A stretch of 43,068 nucleotides of DNA. It comes from Methanomicrobiales archaeon. Its GTDB lineage: Archaea > Halobacteriota > Methanomicrobia > Methanomicrobiales > Methanoculleaceae. The stretch covers positions 1 through 43,068 of the forward strand of contig JAAYND010000135.1 in assembly GCA_012521035.1 (NCBI GenBank), written 5' to 3'. The notes below the pieces were generated by a model. The model was not told where the DNA came from and did not search any database. It saw only the letters and a list, made by a program, of their open reading frames with translations. Below, piece after piece: positions 39,453 to 43,068 of the stretch. The stretch's first letter is position 1; each line of letters opens with the position of its first letter. The position numbers and the translations under genes are program-made.

Positions 39453-39680
39453 GTCAACTACCCCTCCCTGAAGGGAGGGGCTTGTGAACGGCTAAACAGG
39501 ACAAAACAGTTAGACTAGGAGGCAAGAAATTGCAGCAGCGTTTTGGGCTACAAGAACGGATGGGTGTTTCCCTAGCCTGTCCCTCTTCTGGGCACGCCGA
39601 ACCCGACGTACCTTTTGGTACTAAGCCTGTTTCGCAACTCCGAAGGGAAATGTTACCCCGGTTTGACCGGGTGGAAGGAA
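39453..39680 (+). ncRNA. omegaRNA / HEARO-like scaffold for IsrB
   Basis: GTCAACT (39453-59) pairs with AGTT-A-GAC (39508-15). There is an 8-bp hairpin at 39461-80 and a stem GGATGGG/CCTGTCC whose loop TTTCCCTAG can pair with CTAGG (39515-19) or AGGGAAA (39644-50). Further hairpins GTACC-TTTT-GGTAC (39608-21) and CCCGGT-TTG-ACCGGG (39657-71). Lies directly upstream of a PLMP-domain ORF. Confidence 0.82.
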
Positions 39681-39684
39681 TACC

Positions 39685-40731
39685 ATGAGAGTTCCAGTTC
39701 TGGATACTCATAGAAGACCGTTGATGCCGACGACGCCAAAACGTGCTCGTTTACTCCTCAAGCAGGGGAAAGCACGACCGTATTGGAACAAACTTGGCAT
39801 CTTCTGCATCATCCTGATGTATGACGTACAACCTGATAACCAGCAGCTGGTTGTCGGGATCGACCCGGGTAGTTCGTTTGAGGGCTGGTCTGTGGTCGGT
39901 ACTAAAGAGACCGCCTTGAACGGCATGTCTGAGGCACCAAAGCATGTAACAAATGCAGTAGAAACACGAAGGACGATGCGGCGTGCCAGGAGACACCGGA
40001 AGTGTTGGCGTCGTCCGGCCCGATTCAACAACCGGTTGAGTGACCGGAAATTTATACCTCCGAGCACGTTTGCCCGGTGGAACGCGAAGATCCGAATCAT
40101 TGAACAGTTACAGAAGATCCTGCCGATCACGGATGTGGTTGTCGAGGATGTTGCAGCAGTCTCGAAAAAGAACTGTCGCCGGTGGAACAAGAACTTCTCT
40201 CCGCTGGAGGTGGGGAAAAGATGGTTCTATACTGCGATCCGGGCACTTGGTCTTGACCTCTATCTTCGCACAGGATACGAGACCAAAGAACTCCGGGACC
40301 GGTTTGGTTTGAAGAAATCCAGCCAGAAGGACAAGAAGACATTCTCCTCTCATGCTGTTGATGCGTGGGTAATGGCCGCCGACATCTCCGGTGCAGAACA
40401 CCCCCCCGAGATCGGTCTGTACTACTGGACTCCGATCCGTGTACATCGCAGGCAATTGCACCGGTTCCAACCAGAGAAGGGAGGAATCAGAAAACCGTAT
40501 GGAGGAACGCGGTCGATGGGACTGACACGAGGAACACTGGTTCACCATATTAAGTATGGACTGACCTATATCGGGGGTACCTTGAAAAACCGCGTATCCC
40601 TGCATAGTTATGGCACCGGAAAGCGGGTGACACAAAATGCCAGAATCGAGGATTGTACAATCCAGACCAGAATCGCGTGGAGAACAGAATGGTATGCCGG
40701 GACAGGCAGACGGCATTCCTCTCCGGCTTGA
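39685..40731 (+). CDS. isrB: IsrB-type OMEGA RNA-guided nickase (RRXRR/PLMP, split RuvC, no HNH)
   Basis: PLMP at aa 12-15; RuvC-I GID60PG; Arg-rich bridge helix RRTMRRARRHR; RuvC-II VVE154D; RuvC-III SH223AVD226A. Only about 70 aa separate RuvC-II and III, with no HNH/Zn motif. 348 aa; RBS GGAAGGA. Confidence 0.9.
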   Translation: MRVPVLDTHRRPLMPTTPKRARLLLKQGKARPYWNKLGIFCIILMYDVQPDNQQLVVGIDPGSSFEGWSVVGTKETALNGMSEAPKHVTNAVETRRTMRRARRHRKCWRRPARFNNRLSDRKFIPPSTFARWNAKIRIIEQLQKILPITDVVVEDVAAVSKKNCRRWNKNFSPLEVGKRWFYTAIRALGLDLYLRTGYETKELRDRFGLKKSSQKDKKTFSSHAVDAWVMAADISGAEHPPEIGLYYWTPIRVHRRQLHRFQPEKGGIRKPYGGTRSMGLTRGTLVHHIKYGLTYIGGTLKNRVSLHSYGTGKRVTQNARIEDCTIQTRIAWRTEWYAGTGRRHSSPA

Positions 40732-40752
40732 AGGCCGGGGTCTCCTGCCTAT

Positions 40753-41685
40753 ATGAAGATGAAGATCGAGCGAGGTGAGGTATGTATCTTTATCCCTACG
40801 TTAAACGAAGCCCCGACGATCGGTGACCTGGTCAGGGAGTTTCAGGATCGGGGTTTTGAACACATCCTCGTCATGGACGGGAACAGCACCGATGGCACCC
40901 CGGATATCGCACGGGCCGCGGGGGCGACTGTCCGGACGCAGACCGGGAGGGGGAAGGGCAACGCCATCATCGAGGCCGTGAGGATTATCGACAGGCCATA
41001 TGTGCTTATGCTCGACGGTGATGGCACCTACGCCCCTGATGATGCTGAAGCGATGCTCGATCCGCTCGCCCTCGGGTTTGATCACGTCATAGGCAACCGC
41101 CTGGTCAACCCGGATGCGGAGGCGTTCACGCGGCTCAACCTTCTTGGAAACCAGATCCTCAACCTGACATTCAAGATCGCCCACGGGCGAGATCTCCGCG
41201 ATATCCTCTCCGGTTACCGTGCCTTTACCCTCCACTCGATCAGGCAGATGACCCTCAAAGAGGCGGGATTTGAGATCGAGACGGAGATGGCGGTCGAGGC
41301 GGTGAGGAACGGGCAGCATATCACAGTCGTCCCGATCCGGTATCTCTCAAGACCGGGCACGGTCACCAAACTCGATCCCTTCCAGGACGGCGTGAGGATC
41401 TTCTCGACCATATACCGCCTCGCAAAGATGAACAACCCGATCTTTTATTTCGGGATAATCGGGCTATTCATATCGCTCCTGGGAGGAGCCACCGGTGTAT
41501 ACGTTGTTTATGAGTGGCTCAGGAATATCGAGCATCTGCCGCTCACCATCCTCACGGTCCTCCTGATCACCATAGGGTTTCAGATCTTCATGTTCGGCGT
41601 TATCAGCGATATGCTGCTTGCGTTTCACCGTGAGACGACCCGCCAGATCGAGCAGTTACAGCGCCCGCCCGAACCTCCCCGATAG
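40753..41685 (+). CDS. aglJ: GT2 dolichol-phosphate glycosyltransferase, AglJ-like (S-layer N-glycosylation)
   Basis: IPTLNE..TIG, DGNSTDGT, GKG.A, DGDGTY, D.LSGYRA and GFEIETE motifs, plus two C-terminal TM helices. Start at 40753 or 40759. Confidence 0.85.
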   Translation: MKMKIERGEVCIFIPTLNEAPTIGDLVREFQDRGFEHILVMDGNSTDGTPDIARAAGATVRTQTGRGKGNAIIEAVRIIDRPYVLMLDGDGTYAPDDAEAMLDPLALGFDHVIGNRLVNPDAEAFTRLNLLGNQILNLTFKIAHGRDLRDILSGYRAFTLHSIRQMTLKEAGFEIETEMAVEAVRNGQHITVVPIRYLSRPGTVTKLDPFQDGVRIFSTIYRLAKMNNPIFYFGIIGLFISLLGGATGVYVVYEWLRNIEHLPLTILTVLLITIGFQIFMFGVISDMLLAFHRETTRQIEQLQRPPEPPR

Positions 41686-42207
41686 GAGGAGGATCCGGCA
41701 GGAGTACTCTGCGATCGAGGTGTAGATATACGCCTCATCCAGTCTCTTTCCTGCAGCAAACGTCCCGTGCCCGCGGACGATAACGATATGCCCATCACGA
41801 AGCGCCCCTGCAACATTTGAGGCGATCTCGTCAGACCCCGGCTCCCCCCCGACGACCGGGATCTCCGGGCAGAGCATTCTGCCTTCACTATCGATCGGCA
41901 AAAGCCGGTCGGCATCAAACGAAGCGGTGACGGCATGGACCGGATGAGCATGGACGATAGCGGTGTGTGGGGCCTCTCGGTAGACCGCCCGATGGACCCG
42001 GTACTCGCTTGAGGCCTCTGGTGGCACTTCTCCCTCTCCTGGCACAAACACAGGCATCTCCCGGCCATCCAGGTAGGCACCGCTCCGGGTGATATAAAAA
42101 CCCCCCTCAGAGCGTATGCTCATGTTCCCAAAATTCGCACCTACCAGCCCCTCGAGAAAGAGGCGCTTTCCTATCCGTTCGAACTCCTGATCAAGCATCT
42201 TCTCCAC
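41656..42207 (-). CDS. Class II aldolase/adducin family protein (fuculose-1-phosphate aldolase-like)
   Basis: GNMS.R, ASSE..VH..VY, IVHAHP and 'RGHG' Zn-binding motifs. Confidence 0.9.
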   Translation of the reverse strand: MEKMLDQEFERIGKRLFLEGLVGANFGNMSIRSEGGFYITRSGAYLDGREMPVFVPGEGEVPPEASSEYRVHRAVYREAPHTAIVHAHPVHAVTASFDADRLLPIDSEGRMLCPEIPVVGGEPGSDEIASNVAGALRDGHIVIVRGHGTFAAGKRLDEAYIYTSIAEYSCRILLLSGRFGRAL

Positions 42208-42697
42208 CCGGACTCATGATACAGGAAGATTTGACGCGCCTGTGGATATGTGCATGCACCGGGGCAGATGCACAAGGACCGCATGGCACCAATCGATGGT
42301 CACGCCCGGGGAGGGCGATCTGGATGGAGAGGCCGGCACTCTCCCATAAACCCGTCGTGGCTGCCGATCCCCCGGAGAGGGATGCAGTAGAAGTGAGTGG
42401 TCCGCCCGATCGGGCTCGCCCGGGCTTATAGCGATCTTGCCTTCAAATCCGGTCAGGGTGGAGCCATGCGCCTGAACGGTACTGCAGGGGCAGCGATATC
42501 AACCCTGTCGACTGTGTGCTGGCCGGCGGCACCAGGCAGACTGCACTCCAGCCCTGCCCCTCCGGCGCCTCACGGCATGTATCGTGGATCGCGATCGCTT
42601 TTACCGCATCGTGCGCGATCCTGCCACCGCATTCGGGTGAGAGTCAGACTGCCATAACCCTCCCCGATATCGCCGGTTCCGCCAGTGATGCCGCCTC

Positions 42698-42985
42698 TCA
42701 CTGACGTATCAGTGGCTCTAATATACTCTCAAGGGTCTCGAGGCTCTGGACGCCCACCAGTTTCCGGATAAGGACTCCGTCCTTCTCGATGACGAGCGTG
42801 GGTACAAACTGGAGATCGTATTTCGTAGCATACTGTCGCGTCTGTTCAGAATCGATCCCGACATCGATCTTCCTGATATCAACCTTATCGCCCATCTTCT
42901 GCTTGAGCTTATCAATGATCGGTGTCTGCTGGTGACACGGGCCGCACCATTCCGCGAAGAAGTCCATCAAAACAGGTTTTCCCAT
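42698..42985 (-). CDS. Thioredoxin
   Basis: DFFAEWCGPC active site and the VPT cis-Pro motif. Confidence 0.93.
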   Translation of the reverse strand: MGKPVLMDFFAEWCGPCHQQTPIIDKLKQKMGDKVDIRKIDVGIDSEQTRQYATKYDLQFVPTLVIEKDGVLIRKLVGVQSLETLESILEPLIRQ

Positions 42986-43068
42986 AGGTTATTACCCCAT
43001 TCACACAATGTGTGTGAACGGGGCAATAAAGGTATTGCAGGGTTGTTATTTTGAGAGGATCGCCATGA

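Larger units (their letters stand above)
39453..40758 (+). mobile_element. Non-autonomous IS200/IS605-superfamily OMEGA element (omegaRNA + isrB, no tnpA)
   Basis: Left end GTCAACTA-CCCCTCCC-TGAA-GGGAGGGG-CTTG; right end TTCCT-CTCCGGCT-TGAA-GGCCGGGG-TCTCC. No terminal inverted repeats and visibly lower GC than the flanking genes. The right boundary is 40752 or 40758. Confidence 0.88.

Noticed and set aside
39685-40731. Calling the RRXRR protein IscB, Cas9 or TnpB
   Set aside because: There is no HNH domain between RuvC-II and III (IscB and Cas9 have one) and no CRISPR array. The PLMP N-terminus and upstream RNA do not fit TnpB, which has a C-terminal RuvC with a Zn finger and a downstream RNA.
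43053-43068. RBS-like GAGAGGA plus ATG at 43065
   Set aside because: Probably the start of the next gene, but there is no coding sequence in the window to identify it.

Overview
GC-rich chromosomal segment of a methanogenic archaeon. Gene content (methanogenesis markers 10 and 14, CarS, Tes, AglJ) points to Methanomicrobiales, Methanoculleus-like, by inference. Most of it is housekeeping: tRNA-Thr(TGT) and tRNA-Gly(GCC); mmp10; Dph6-like ligase plus a GATase; aIF5A/agmatinase; IMPase/NAD kinase; ACT protein/homoserine dehydrogenase; a sirC-hemA-hemB-hemL-hemC-cobA tetrapyrrole operon; ilvD; beta-carbonic anhydrase; a glycine-betaine ABC transporter; argG, argF, purD, pyrE; a divergent carS/tes lipid pair; pilin, UspA, DUF99, aglJ, class II aldolase and thioredoxin. 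The standout is a ~1.3-kb non-autonomous IS200/IS605-superfamily OMEGA element (about 39453-40758). It has TGAA-loop hairpins at both ends, a ~230-nt omegaRNA/HEARO-like scaffold and an intact 348-aa IsrB-type RNA-guided nickase (PLMP, split RuvC, bridge helix, no HNH). It sits exactly between the putative promoter and the ATG of aglJ, so the start codon (ATGA) would double as its TAM. Other oddities are a pilin whose class III signal peptide starts at ATT, a GATase with Cys->Ser at the nucleophile, an HTH-fused Mmp11/TiaS-like protein, and a 1.5-kb gene-poor, hairpin-rich stretch. All family calls come from motif recognition; no searches were run.
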